Positions 34,140 through 43,416 of a stretch of DNA of 64,000 bases are shown piece by piece (the first letter of the stretch is position 1; every line of letters starts with the position of its first letter). Source of the stretch: an uncultured bacterium (GTDB lineage: Bacteria > Patescibacteriota > Minisyncoccia > Phycocordibacterales > UBA6065). Below the pieces are notes generated by a model. That model was not told the origin of the DNA, searched no databases, and saw only the letters and a list, made by a program, of their open reading frames with translations. A program made the translations under genes and the position numbers. The DNA is taken from contig CBIMES010000001.1 in assembly GCA_966243015.1 (NCBI GenBank), positions 50,598 to 114,597 on the forward strand, read 5' to 3'.

Positions 34140-34991
34140 ATGAGGACTTTCGCACATGTAATCGGTGCGCTGATCTTTCTCTCGCCGCTCTGCGCGGGCG
34201 CGGCTGATATTTCGCTTGTGCCCGTTTCGCCGATTCAGGGCGACCCTCTCATGGTTTCCGTCGGCGGTCTCATCGGGTCCACGACCGTGCGCTCGATTGC
34301 CTTCGGCAGCAGGGCCTTGCCCGTGTTTTCATATCAAGGCAGGTCGACGGCGCTTTACGGCATCGACATTCGGGACAAGGTTGGCACGTCTACGGTGACC
34401 GTAATACTCTCTGACGGCTCAGTTTTAAGCAGGCCTGTGTATGTGGGCGAGAGGAGGCGCATCGAAGAGCCGTTTAGAATTCCGGAGAAGCTCGGCGGCA
34501 ACACACAGGCCGCGGCCACGACCCTCGTGAGCACCCTGGCCCGGGAGAACGCGAGCCTGCTTGGCCTTCGCACGGGAACTCATGCCTTCTGGACTCAGCC
34601 GTTTGGGTACCCTGTCGCGAGCCCTGTCGTGACCGACGCCTATGGGTATTCGCGCAACACCGTCGGTACGGTTCTGACGCACAAGGGAACTGATTTCAGG
34701 GCTCCCGAGGGCACGCCGGTGCTCGCCATGAACCGCGGCGTGGTGCGTCTGACGCAGGAGGGCAGGAACTACGGCAAGACCATCATTGTCGATCACGGCC
34801 TCGGCCTCCAGACCTTCTATATGCATCTCTCTAAAATAAACGTGAACGTGGGGGAGTTGGTGTTGCCTGGCCAGGTTATCGGGCTCTCGGGCAAGACGGG
34901 ATACGCCGAGGCGGCGCACCTTCATACGACCGTGCGTATTAATGAGGTGTCGATTGACCCAAAGAGATTTCTCGAGCTGTTCGGAAGATAG
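34140..34991 (+). CDS. M23 family (LytM-like) peptidoglycan endopeptidase
   Basis: HKGTDFRAPEGTPV, IIVDHGLGLQTFYMHL and AHLHTTV (HxxxD / HxH metal site). Start is set at 34140 because TGTATAAT lies 6 nt upstream; the track starts at 34122. Confidence 0.8.
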   Translation: MRTFAHVIGALIFLSPLCAGAADISLVPVSPIQGDPLMVSVGGLIGSTTVRSIAFGSRALPVFSYQGRSTALYGIDIRDKVGTSTVTVILSDGSVLSRPVYVGERRRIEEPFRIPEKLGGNTQAAATTLVSTLARENASLLGLRTGTHAFWTQPFGYPVASPVVTDAYGYSRNTVGTVLTHKGTDFRAPEGTPVLAMNRGVVRLTQEGRNYGKTIIVDHGLGLQTFYMHLSKINVNVGELVLPGQVIGLSGKTGYAEAAHLHTTVRINEVSIDPKRFLELFGR

Positions 34992-34998
34992 ACCAGAT

Positions 34999-35313
34999 TT
35001 ACTGCGTACCTGTGTAATAGAGTGCGAGAGCGGAAATTAGTACGTATAGAAAAAAGATGTAACTTTGTCCGTTCCGTGACACCGGTCGACCAATAGTCTT
35101 GGCAAGCCTTAAAAGCGCAAACATGAATGCCCCCAGCCCAAACATGATTATGGACGTATTCTCTTTGAGGCTGAACCTTGAGGTGAGTGAAATCCAGGGC
35201 ATGCAAATGAAGAAGTACAGGATTATTAAGGAGCTTAGTGTTTTTAGGAACGGGAAAAGCGAACTTCCTTGCACGGTTCCGCTGGAAAATTCTTTGTTAT
35301 TTTGTTCTTGCAT
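34999..35313 (-). CDS. hypothetical membrane protein (about 3 TM), AT-richer than surroundings
   Basis: Hydrophobic helices; TAGACT lies 7 nt upstream of the ATG, after a hairpin downstream of trxB. Confidence 0.4.
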   Translation of the reverse strand: MQEQNNKEFSSGTVQGSSLFPFLKTLSSLIILYFFICMPWISLTSRFSLKENTSIIMFGLGAFMFALLRLAKTIGRPVSRNGQSYIFFLYVLISALALYYTGTQ

Positions 35314-35369
35314 ACGGTAAAGTCTACCCTATCTGGATCTTTTAAACACCTCGGTCATCGGGAGGGTGT

Positions 35370-36305
35370 TTATTTCGCGTTGAGGTACACGTAGATGTCC
35401 TCGAGCGCCTTCACGGCATCGCCCGCAGCGATGTTGTTCTGGTGGTAGAGTCCGTCCGTGCAGTCTCCGGCGGCCCAGATGCCCGGGGTTGAGGTTGCCT
35501 GAGTGCGTGGGTCGACGATGATACGTCCGTAGGGATCAACGCTCACGACCTCCTTGGCGAACTCGGTCGTAGGGATTGATCCGATCTCGACGAATATACC
35601 CGAGACAGGGAGCTCGACGCTCTCGCCGGACTCCTTGTTTTGGTAGGTGATCGAACTGACAAATTTCGTGCCCTTCACCTCAGTCGGCATGGCATTGGTG
35701 ATGGCGCGCATCTTTAGGTTCGAGAGCACCTTCTTTACGGTAACAGGATCTGCGCGGAATTCCTCGCTCCTGTTGAGGAGGGTGACCGACTTGCAGTACG
35801 CGAGAAGCTGCGAAGCGCTCTCGAAGGCGGCGTTGCCGCCGCCGATGACCGCTACGTCCTGGTCAGCGAAGAGCGGGCCGTCGCACGAGGCGCAGTAGGT
35901 GATGCCCTTGTGCTCAAACTTGTCGGCGCCGGGCACCTCGAGCTTGCGGCGATGGCTGCCGGTGGCGATGAGGACGGTCTTGGCGGTGTACGAGCCCTTG
36001 TCGGTCGTGACGGTGAAGGCTGTGCCTCCGTTCGGCGCGTCGGCCTTGGCGATCTTCTGGCACCACTCGCCAGTCTTGATGTCGACGATGTCTCCCGCAT
36101 AGGCGCGGAGGTGGGCTTCCATGCTCTTGGCAAAGTCGGCACCGGCGATCTTAATCGTGCCGATCCAGTTCTCGATGCCCTCGGAGACGGTCGATTGGCT
36201 CTCCCAGTCCTTGGTGATGAAGACGGTCTTGAGTCGCTTGCGCGAGGCGTAGACTCCCGCCGCAACTCCCGCTGGTCCGCCGCCGATGATTGCTAGGTCG
36301 TACAT
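35370..36305 (-). CDS. trxB: thioredoxin-disulfide reductase
   Basis: MYDLAIIGGGPAG (FAD), CASCDG redox-active CxxC, GGGNAAFE (NADPH), GIWAAGDCTD. Start is the internal ATG at 36303-36305. Confidence 0.9.
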   Translation of the reverse strand: MYDLAIIGGGPAGVAAGVYASRKRLKTVFITKDWESQSTVSEGIENWIGTIKIAGADFAKSMEAHLRAYAGDIVDIKTGEWCQKIAKADAPNGGTAFTVTTDKGSYTAKTVLIATGSHRRKLEVPGADKFEHKGITYCASCDGPLFADQDVAVIGGGNAAFESASQLLAYCKSVTLLNRSEEFRADPVTVKKVLSNLKMRAITNAMPTEVKGTKFVSSITYQNKESGESVELPVSGIFVEIGSIPTTEFAKEVVSVDPYGRIIVDPRTQATSTPGIWAAGDCTDGLYHQNNIAAGDAVKALEDIYVYLNAK

Positions 36306-36431
36306 GTGATTGAGGTTAGTGGGGTAAATTATAGCAAGTAAGCGCGGTGTCCGAACCTTGATTAGGTTACAGTCCCGTGCTGAAACTCGGTATACGACAT
36401 GCTCCAGCGTTCTTGGGAGATAAGAAGGCGT

Positions 36432-36533
36432 CCCGCGCACACCTTTTCAAAACCCTATCGAAGCGCGACTGGCGCTGAGATGAGAAAATCCCCAGTGAGG
36501 GGATTTTCGTGGTTTTGAAAAGGTGTGCGCGGG
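36432..36533. repeat. palindromic element E3: 23-bp perfect inverted repeat (CCCGCGCACACCTTTTCAAAACC / GGTTTTGAAAAGGTGTGCGCGGG) enclosing a 56-nt core related to E1/E2
   Basis: Core CTATCGAAGCGCGACTGGCGCTGAGATGAGAAAATCCCCAGTGAGGGGATTTTCGT shares the GCGCGACyGGCGC block and an A/T-rich inner hairpin (AAAATCCCC-AGTGA-GGGGATTTT) with E1. It lies directly 3' of ftsZ. Confidence 0.65.
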
Positions 36534-36537
36534 GAGA

Positions 36538-37740
36538 CTATTTCTTTCTCCTCAAGAACGCTGGAACCGCGCCCCAGTCGTCGTCCTCTGAGTCGATGGT
36601 AGGGATGGCCGCCTTCTTATCCTCGGGCGCTGGCTTTGGCTCCGGCTTCTCCTCCTTTGGGGCTGGTGCTGGCGGAGGGGTCACGCTGTTGTGAATCTTG
36701 CCCTTCGGAGCCTCCTCCTTCTGCTCTGGGGCCGATGATGAAGAGAAGAGGGACTTGCTGCGGACGGGTGCCGCGACCTGAGGGGCGTCGCCGAATCCGG
36801 ACGCGATGACGGTGATGCGCATCTCGCCCTTCTTGATCTTCTCGTCGCGGACGGTACCGAAGATGACCTTCGCGTTAGGGTCGATGGACTCGGTGATGAT
36901 CTTCGCGGCGTCCTGGATCTCGAACATGGTGACGTCGTCGCCTCCCGCGATGGAGAAGAGTACGCCCTTGGCGCCCGCGATCGATACGTCGAGGAGGGGC
37001 GAGGAGATCGCCATCTTCGCGGCGTCCTCGGCTCGTTTCTCGCCGGTGGCGAATCCGATGCCCATGAGAGCGGTTCCCGTGTTCTCGAGGACCGAGCGGA
37101 TGTCGGCGAAGTCGATGTTGATGATACCTGGGGTGGTGATGAGGTCAGAGATTCCCTCGACGGCCTGCTTGAGGACCTCGTCGCAGAGCGCGAAAGCGGC
37201 CTTCGCCGTGGTGTTGCGGTCGATATTGGTGAGGAGTCGGTCGTTCGGGATGACGATGATCGCGTCCACCTCCTTGCGAAGGTTCTCGAGAGCCTGCTCC
37301 GCGAGGCGCATGCGCTGGATGCCCTCGAAGAAGAACGGCTTGGTGACGACGGCGACAGTGAGTGCGCCGAGCTCCTTCGCGGTCTTTGCGATGACGGGTG
37401 CCGCGCCCGATCCGGTTCCGCCTCCCATGCCTCCCGAGACGAACACCATGTCTGCGCCCTTGAGGGCCTCCTGGAGCTCCTCCTTGGTCTCCTCGACTGC
37501 GCGTCGTCCGAGATCGGGGTTCATTCCCGTTCCGAGTCCCTTGGTGAGGTTCTTGCCCACGTGGATCTTCTTCTTGGCGAGGGAGTGATGGAGGTCCTGC
37601 GCGTCTGTGTTGACTGCGATAAAGTCCACGCCCTTAACCTTGGAGTTGATCATGTGGTTGAGGGTGTTCTTTCCGGAACCGCCCGCTCCCACGACTTTGA
37701 TGCGTGCGAACGTCTCTACTTCGGGAACGATGTTTGGCAT
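36538..37740 (-). CDS. ftsZ: cell division protein FtsZ
   Basis: GGGTGSGAAPVIA tubulin signature, T7 loop, C-terminal Pro/Ala/Glu-rich linker. Confidence 0.95.
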   Translation of the reverse strand: MPNIVPEVETFARIKVVGAGGSGKNTLNHMINSKVKGVDFIAVNTDAQDLHHSLAKKKIHVGKNLTKGLGTGMNPDLGRRAVEETKEELQEALKGADMVFVSGGMGGGTGSGAAPVIAKTAKELGALTVAVVTKPFFFEGIQRMRLAEQALENLRKEVDAIIVIPNDRLLTNIDRNTTAKAAFALCDEVLKQAVEGISDLITTPGIINIDFADIRSVLENTGTALMGIGFATGEKRAEDAAKMAISSPLLDVSIAGAKGVLFSIAGGDDVTMFEIQDAAKIITESIDPNAKVIFGTVRDEKIKKGEMRITVIASGFGDAPQVAAPVRSKSLFSSSSAPEQKEEAPKGKIHNSVTPPPAPAPKEEKPEPKPAPEDKKAAIPTIDSEDDDWGAVPAFLRRKK

Positions 37741-37858
37741 GGTGAATTACGGCTAAGGCTGGCTTGCTAAAGTGGGTACATGATATCAAAAGGGCCTGGA
37801 AATACAACACAAGGCTGTGGCCCAATGTTGACAGTGTTTTCAGGTCAAAAGAGCGTGT

Positions 37859-39013
37859 CTATGGCAAAAACTGTCTCAGGAAATCGAGTGATTTCTTGAT
37901 AAGGGGGTGCCTGAGGCCGCCTGCGCCCGAGCTACCGGTCTCCTCGCCGTTGAGGGCGAGCATGGAGAGGCCGTAGGCGACGGAATACGGCGCCTCCTTG
38001 AGGCTGCCGACGCGCGCGGGGATCTTGAGCGAGTCCTTGGCGAGCTCCTCGATGCCGGGGATGGCGGAACCCGCGCCCGTGAGGATGATGCCCGCGGGGA
38101 GGAGGCCGTTTCGGTCGATCTTCTTGAGATGTGCCTCGATGAGGTCAAAGATGTCGGAGAGGCGCGCGCCCACGATCTCGTCGAGCTTGCGCTTCGAGAA
38201 CTGGATGTTCGCCGGCGCGCCCCCGCGCTTGAGAGTCTCGGCGTCCTCGATCGGAATCTTGAGGCCGAGGGCGATGTCGTTCGTGATGTCGACCGAGCCG
38301 AGGGGGAATACCTCGACGGAAAGCGGGAGGTTGTTCTCGTAGGTGACGATGGAGACAGTCTCGGCGCCGACGTTCGCGAGCACACAGCCGGCGACCTTCT
38401 GGTTCTTCGAGAGGGCGACGAGGGCTGAGGCGACGGGGGACGCGACGATGTCGATGACCTCGATGCCTGCCTCGGTGATGGTGTCCACGAGGTCGTCGAG
38501 GTGCTGCGAGAGGCAGGTGACGAAGAGGACCTTTGCCTCGAGCTTGTTGCCCTTCATGCCTCGCGGTCGGCCGAAGACGGGCTTGCCGTCGATTTTGTAG
38601 GAGAGGGGAACGGTGTGGATGATGCGCTTGTTGGCGAGGGCCGATGCGGGAATGTTCTTCTCGGCGACGGCGGTCGCTTTCTCTATATCCATGTCCGACA
38701 CTTCGGAATCGCCGCGGGAGATAGTCGCCGAGCCGGTGGCGACGAGGCTCGTGAGGCTGATGCCGCTGATCGAGACGACCGCCTTGCGTACCTTGTGGCC
38801 CGAGTTTCTCTCTGCGCTCGCGAGCGCGGAAAGCACGCTCTCGGCGGCCTCGGGAACGTTTACGATGTAGCCGTGGCGCACGCCCTTTGACTCGGCGGTT
38901 CCGACGCCGACGATTTTTGGCATGGTGCGCTGTCCCTCGGGACGTGACTCGGTCAGGACGATCTTGACCTCGTGCGTTCCGATGTCTATGCCTGCTGCTA
39001 TTTTGCTGCGCAT
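37859..39013 (-). CDS. ftsA: cell division protein FtsA (actin-like ATPase)
   Basis: AGIDIGTHEVKIVL phosphate-1 motif, actin-fold blocks, position immediately upstream of ftsZ. Confidence 0.85.
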   Translation of the reverse strand: MRSKIAAGIDIGTHEVKIVLTESRPEGQRTMPKIVGVGTAESKGVRHGYIVNVPEAAESVLSALASAERNSGHKVRKAVVSISGISLTSLVATGSATISRGDSEVSDMDIEKATAVAEKNIPASALANKRIIHTVPLSYKIDGKPVFGRPRGMKGNKLEAKVLFVTCLSQHLDDLVDTITEAGIEVIDIVASPVASALVALSKNQKVAGCVLANVGAETVSIVTYENNLPLSVEVFPLGSVDITNDIALGLKIPIEDAETLKRGGAPANIQFSKRKLDEIVGARLSDIFDLIEAHLKKIDRNGLLPAGIILTGAGSAIPGIEELAKDSLKIPARVGSLKEAPYSVAYGLSMLALNGEETGSSGAGGLRHPLIKKSLDFLRQFLP

Positions 39014-39037
39014 TACGGTGGTAAGAAACCGAAGCGA

Positions 39038-39421
39038 CTAGATTCCGAATTTCTTACGGAACGCTGCTTCTGTTCTGTCCATTCTACTACCGTGGTCCAT
39101 TCCTTTCAAATGGCAGAGCGCGTGGATGTAGAGAAAGGCGATGAAGTTCGAGGTGTTTCTCTCGAAGTCAGGCGCCTGCCGCTTTGCCTCGAGGGGGTTG
39201 ATGAATATCTCGCCGCTCTTCTCGTCGAGCTCGAAGGAGAGCACGTTCGGCACGTAGTCCTTGCCTCGATGGGCAATGTTGAGTTTGCGCGACTCGGCGT
39301 CGCCGACAAAGGCAAGCGAGAGATCATAGTCCTCGCCGAGTACGGCGTCCTTCATACGAGCAAAAGCCAAGCGGGGAAGCTTGGCTTTCGTTTTGTTGAT
39401 GAGAGAGAATCCTCTCGCCAT
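39038..39421 (-). CDS. ybeY: rRNA maturation endoribonuclease YbeY
   Basis: HALCHLKGMDHG matches the H-x-x-H-L-x-G-x-D-H zinc motif. Confidence 0.8.
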   Translation of the reverse strand: MARGFSLINKTKAKLPRLAFARMKDAVLGEDYDLSLAFVGDAESRKLNIAHRGKDYVPNVLSFELDEKSGEIFINPLEAKRQAPDFERNTSNFIAFLYIHALCHLKGMDHGSRMDRTEAAFRKKFGI

Positions 39422-39424
39422 ACC

Positions 39425-39670
39425 TTATCGTCGTCGAGGCTCCTGAGGGGCGACCTTTCCGAGCTTGATGTCCTCGGCGAGCTTCTCGCGTCGCGCGATG
39501 CCTGCGAGGGTCTTCATCTTTCGCTTGTACGACGAGAGGGTTCGTGCGTGGTATCGCTCGCCTCGCACGCGAGGGAGGATTCCCGAGCCCTGCACGCGCT
39601 TGGTGAAGCGCCTGAGGAGGCTGAGGGGATTTTCGTTGCCGTTCTTGGTTACTTCTACGTTTGTTGCCAT
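39425..39670 (-). CDS. rpsU: 30S ribosomal protein S21
   Basis: NVEV..ENPLSLLRRFTKRVQGSGILPRVRGERYHARTLSSYKRKMK matches the S21 pattern. Start is the internal MATNVEV. Confidence 0.7.
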   Translation of the reverse strand: MATNVEVTKNGNENPLSLLRRFTKRVQGSGILPRVRGERYHARTLSSYKRKMKTLAGIARREKLAEDIKLGKVAPQEPRRR

Positions 39671-39775
39671 AGGCCAATAGAGTATCATAGGGCTCTACAA
39701 AAGGCAATAAACAGCCAAAACTAGGGGCTCTCGTTGTTTGTCATGGGTCTCGCTCGGGTGTACGATAGGGTAACT

Positions 39776-40081
39776 ATGGCTAATGTGCAGTTCGAGAATG
39801 AGGGAGGTTTTTCGAGGTCTTATTCCTCGCAACAGAGATCGGGCATGATCGCGTTTGTGATGGGTCGCCTTGGTCTGAAAAGCGAGGGTTCCGCCAGGAC
39901 CGCTCTTGCCGTCCTGTCGCTTGTCCTTATCGCCGGCGCGATTGTCTTCTACGCATATTCAAGCCGGCAGGCGGGAGGCCCGGTTCCTTCGCCTGTCGAC
40001 ACGATGACGCCCGAGGAAAAAGCGCGTTTGCCGAAGGCGACCCTTGAGGTGTACGAGAGGATTCACTCGCCGCGCAAATAA
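39776..40081 (+). CDS. hypothetical single-pass membrane protein
   Basis: TACGAT lies 9 nt upstream of the ATG at 39776; one TM (LAVLSLVLIAGAIVFYAY). Confidence 0.4.
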   Translation: MANVQFENEGGFSRSYSSQQRSGMIAFVMGRLGLKSEGSARTALAVLSLVLIAGAIVFYAYSSRQAGGPVPSPVDTMTPEEKARLPKATLEVYERIHSPRK

Positions 40082-40090
40082 CTCAATCAC

Positions 40091-40630
40091 ATGACATTCA
40101 CACGTGCCAAGAACGCTGGTTTTACCCTCATCGAGCTCCTTGTCGTGATCTCTATCATTGCCCTCCTCTCGAGCGTGGTGCTCGGGTCGGTCAACACCGC
40201 GCGCAAGAAAGCCCTGAACGCGAAGATGGCGTCGGAGGTCCAGTCCATGATGAAGGCCCTTGAGGTCTACAAGACAACTGTTGGTACCTATCCCTGCGAA
40301 GGCACGGGAGGCTGCTGGCTTCAGGATTACTGCGGGGATACGTCTCTCAGGGACGGATTCCAGCCGCTCGTTACCGCAAAGGTCCTTTCTTCCGTGCCGC
40401 GACATCCTGCGAACACGTCGTGCAGCGACGGATACAACTATTACTTTTATTGGTACGGATACGAGGAGCCCGGCTATTCTGAGTTTGCTGACATGGACGC
40501 CAAATGCGGCGGCAGGCCCGTCAGAAAGTATATGGTCGGCATCATAAGCAATCAGACTCTTCCTAAGGGACTCGGCAACATGGAGCAGTGGGGAGATACC
40601 TATACCGAGTATCAGTGCGTCGGTCTCTAG
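40091..40630 (+). CDS. type IV pilin / pseudopilin (prepilin N-terminal methylation motif)
   Basis: KNAGFTLIELLVVISIIALLSSVVL matches the class III signal G-FTLIELLVV; the C-terminal domain has paired Cys. Confidence 0.85.
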   Translation: MTFTRAKNAGFTLIELLVVISIIALLSSVVLGSVNTARKKALNAKMASEVQSMMKALEVYKTTVGTYPCEGTGGCWLQDYCGDTSLRDGFQPLVTAKVLSSVPRHPANTSCSDGYNYYFYWYGYEEPGYSEFADMDAKCGGRPVRKYMVGIISNQTLPKGLGNMEQWGDTYTEYQCVGL

Positions 40631-40926
40631 GTCTGTCCTTCGACACTGTTGGTTGACGGACTTCGTGTCGGTGCTAGGCTGGGGTTGTAACCCGCTCATC
40701 ACATGGTCTTCATCCTTGCCTCCCAAGCCTGCGAAAATGGGAATCACGCATCGTGCACGGGGTCTCGTCCCGCGTCTCCTCCGGGAGCTTTCGGCGGCTG
40801 GCGCTGTCCGTGCTTCTGCCACGCGACGATTCAGTCGTCAGGGGTGGACATTAGCCTGCTCCTTCAGCCTGTTGCTCCGGCGCCTTTGCCCCAGAAGCGG
40901 GTCTGTAGTCGCGCCTCGTAGCCTCC

Positions 40927-40958
40927 CAAGCAAAGCCGCACCTTAACGGTGCGGCTTT
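40927..40958 (+). terminator. terminator AAAGCCGCACC-TTAA-CGGTGCGGCTTTTT ending a ~300-nt non-coding stretch after the pilin gene
   Basis: GC hairpin plus T5. Confidence 0.6.
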
Positions 40959-40985
40959 TTCGTGATTGCTTTTCTGCGGGCGACG

Positions 40986-42239
40986 CTAGACCCTGTACTT
41001 CTTGAGTCTCGCCACGACCTCGCCAAGGGCGACGGTGTCCTGCGACCTGGTAGAGGTCTCGCGGACGATGACGCTGTCCTCCATAGCCTCTTTCTTGCCC
41101 ATGATGATGACGATGGGGGCCTGCGACTTCTCGGCGATGCCGACCTGTCCGGCCATCTTGTCCTTGGCGAGCGACTGGATGACGGGGATGCGGGCCTGGC
41201 GAAGGGTTTCGATGAGCCTGAGGCTCTTGAGCTTTGCCTCGAAGCCGAGCTGCATGAAGCAAATCTGAGGATTGAGGATGTCGCGGATCGTGCCAACCTT
41301 CACGGCGTCGCCCTTGAGGTTTTTCTTGTTGACTGCGATTGAAACGCCGACGGCGGGAAGCTCCTTCTTGTGCCCGAGGCGCTTGGCGAGGGTATCGTAG
41401 CGGATGCCGATTGCCTTTGGGTGGTCCTTTGGGTCAGAGGTGCGGATTTCGAAGATGGTCTCGCCGCAGTAGTCTCGGTTGGCCATGAGGCCGTTGTTTA
41501 TGACGTACGGCACGTCGAGCGACTCGAGGTACTCGAGCACCTCCTTGAAATGGGCTCGCGACTTTTCGGAGAGGAAGTTGATGGACTTTGGGCACTCCTC
41601 GGCGAGACGCTTGCAGACCTCGTGGTCGCAGGCGATGAGGGAGAAGACGTCCTTCTTGAAGAGCTGCTTGCAGTCGGCGGGAAGCTCGTTCATATGCTTG
41701 CGGTAGTACGCGGTGATCTCGCGGGTGAAGCGGGCAAGGGACTCTTTGTCGCCGATCGAGTTGATCTCGACGTGGAGGTCTGTCTCGCCTGCGTCCTGGA
41801 GGATGGCGAGGGACGCCTGGAGGAGGATCGCCTCGGCTATGGACTTCGGGGTTCCGATGATATCGAGTCCCATATGGGCCTCCTTTGGGCTTGCCTTGCG
41901 CTTGTCGCCGGCAAACGGCTTTCGGTGCGAGAGCATGACGGGCTGGGGGAGGCTCGCCATCTTCTCCTTCTCGTAGAGCTTAAGCAAGGCGATCTTCTCC
42001 TCGAGGCGGACGATTGCGCCCTCCTCGTGATTGTCGTGGTCAATGACGATCTCGCCTTCGGAGATAGACTTTGCCTCAGTGGTGTCGGCCTGGGTGAGGT
42101 GAGGGAGGGCGAGCGGCGTGAAGCCGTAGAAAAGTGCGGTCTCGAGCGCCTGGTCGAGATGCTCGTAGGATACGTACGCCGGATGCTCGAGTGCCTTGCC
42201 TTTGACTGCCGCCTTCTTGGTCTGCGTCATCTGGGTCAT
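40986..42239 (-). CDS. divergent histidyl-tRNA synthetase-like protein (class II aaRS core plus anticodon-binding domain; HisS or HisZ-like paralog)
   Basis: The motif-2-like region (SHRKPFAGDKRKASPKEAHMGLDIIG) and C-terminal anticodon-binding-like domain (APIVIIMGKKEAMEDSVIVRE) resemble HisRS. Other catalytic motifs are divergent. Confidence 0.5.
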   Translation of the reverse strand: MTQMTQTKKAAVKGKALEHPAYVSYEHLDQALETALFYGFTPLALPHLTQADTTEAKSISEGEIVIDHDNHEEGAIVRLEEKIALLKLYEKEKMASLPQPVMLSHRKPFAGDKRKASPKEAHMGLDIIGTPKSIAEAILLQASLAILQDAGETDLHVEINSIGDKESLARFTREITAYYRKHMNELPADCKQLFKKDVFSLIACDHEVCKRLAEECPKSINFLSEKSRAHFKEVLEYLESLDVPYVINNGLMANRDYCGETIFEIRTSDPKDHPKAIGIRYDTLAKRLGHKKELPAVGVSIAVNKKNLKGDAVKVGTIRDILNPQICFMQLGFEAKLKSLRLIETLRQARIPVIQSLAKDKMAGQVGIAEKSQAPIVIIMGKKEAMEDSVIVRETSTRSQDTVALGEVVARLKKYRV

Positions 42240-42268
42240 GTGGGTTATGGAAAAATCTGGTTAGCCTG

Positions 42269-42865
42269 CTAAGGGGTCTCGCTGACATTCGTCACGGTCG
42301 TGCTTGCCACCGCGCCGGGGAACGTGCCGATGCGGGAGAACGGCAGCAGTCTGAGGACCGGCCTGCCGACAATGTCGCCCTTCGGCAGGGCGCCCCAGGC
42401 GCGCGAGTCGAGGCTTACGCGGCGATTGTCTCCCATGACGAAGTACTCGTCGGCGCCGAGGAGGAGGCTCGTGTTGCCGAACGTCTCCGAGCCCGTGTAA
42501 GGCTCGTTGAGGACGACGCCCTCGGGATGCTCGGCATTCTCGACCTTCACCTGATCGTCGGTGACGACGACTCGCTCGCCGGGGAGTCCGATGATGCGCT
42601 TGATGAAGTACTTGGAAGGGTCCTGTGGGTACTTGAAGATGACTACGTCGCCGCGCTCGATGTCCTTGAATCGGTAGGAGATCTCGTCGACGATGAGGTA
42701 CTGGCCGTCCTTGAAGGTGTTGTCCATCGACGCGCCGTTCACGATGAACGGCTGAGCGACCCAGAGACGGATGGGGAAGACGACGACGAGGGCGATGAGG
42801 GCATATCGAATAATCTCTCCGAGTGTGCTGGTCTTCTTCTGCGCCTCCTCGTGCTTCGTGTCCAT
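42269..42865 (-). CDS. lepB: signal peptidase I
   Basis: N-terminal TM, IVNGASMDNT (catalytic Ser), YFIKRIIGLPGE (catalytic Lys), GDNRRVSLDSR. The track uses TTG at 42922; the internal ATG at 42863-42865 is preferred. Confidence 0.85.
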   Translation of the reverse strand: MDTKHEEAQKKTSTLGEIIRYALIALVVVFPIRLWVAQPFIVNGASMDNTFKDGQYLIVDEISYRFKDIERGDVVIFKYPQDPSKYFIKRIIGLPGERVVVTDDQVKVENAEHPEGVVLNEPYTGSETFGNTSLLLGADEYFVMGDNRRVSLDSRAWGALPKGDIVGRPVLRLLPFSRIGTFPGAVASTTVTNVSETP

Positions 42866-42924
42866 GGTGTGCGTGGTTAGTTTTGTGTATGAAGTGTATA
42901 TCCTGGGGCGCTCTTGACGCAACG

Positions 42925-43030
42925 GGCTCCCGCATGGTGCTCAGAAAAGCACGGATATTTTCCTGGTGGAAAATTCCTCGAGCTCGGCCCGTCGGCCTCG
43001 CTAGTCTTTTCTGAGCACCATGCGGGAGCC
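42925..43030. repeat. palindromic element E4 (inverted orientation relative to E1-E3): 25-bp perfect inverted repeat (GGCTCCCGCATGGTGCTCAGAAAAG / CTTTTCTGAGCACCATGCGGGAGCC) enclosing a 56-nt core
   Basis: Reverse complement of the core (ACTAGCGAGGCCGACGGGCCGAGCTCGAGGAATTTTCCACCAGGAAAATATCCGTG) is about 85% identical to the E1/E2 core. The inner GC mini-hairpin differs by compensatory changes. Confidence 0.7.
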
Positions 43031-43093
43031 ATCGTGGAGACAAGAGTCGCCAAGCAAAAACCGCTGGGCGAACCATGCGGTTTGAAGAGTGCC

Positions 43094-43234
43094 TTAGGGG
43101 CGGTGGCGGATAATGCCGACGAGACCATCGAGCGCTACGGAGAACACGGGGATTCCCACGGCGAACCAGAGGTCCGACGCGAAGATTCCGACGGCGATGG
43201 TTATGAGGGCGACTGCGCCTACTTTCAGGATCAT
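43094..43234 (-). CDS. possible 46-aa hydrophobic peptide (MILKVGAVALITIAVGIFASDLWFAVGIPVFSVALDGLVGIIRHRP)
   Basis: Small ORF whose 3' end is followed by element E4, by analogy with the other E elements at 3' ends of minus-strand genes. Weak. Confidence 0.25.
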   Translation of the reverse strand: MILKVGAVALITIAVGIFASDLWFAVGIPVFSVALDGLVGIIRHRP

Positions 43235-43416
43235 GGTGGTGAAAAGCGGATGTCTCGTGATGAGCCAGTCCGCTTTTTTCCGCCATGATCGTATATGTTA
43301 ACTCTGCGTATATTATACACCCAAAATGGGCGTCTTGTCAATGTGGGAGAGGGGTCGAAAGAGGGCTTACCGAGGCCCTTTTCTGGCATGTCCACATGGC
43401 GTATACTGTGCCTACT

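Noticed and set aside
40653-40946. 97-aa and 72-aa plus ORFs after the pilin gene
   Set aside because: Arg/Pro/Cys-rich with no domain signal; the region is treated as non-coding.
42261-43286. 341-aa minus-strand ORF spanning lepB and its upstream region
   Set aside because: Arg/His/Pro-rich artefact frame. lepB in the other frame has both catalytic motifs, and the upstream part coincides with element E4.
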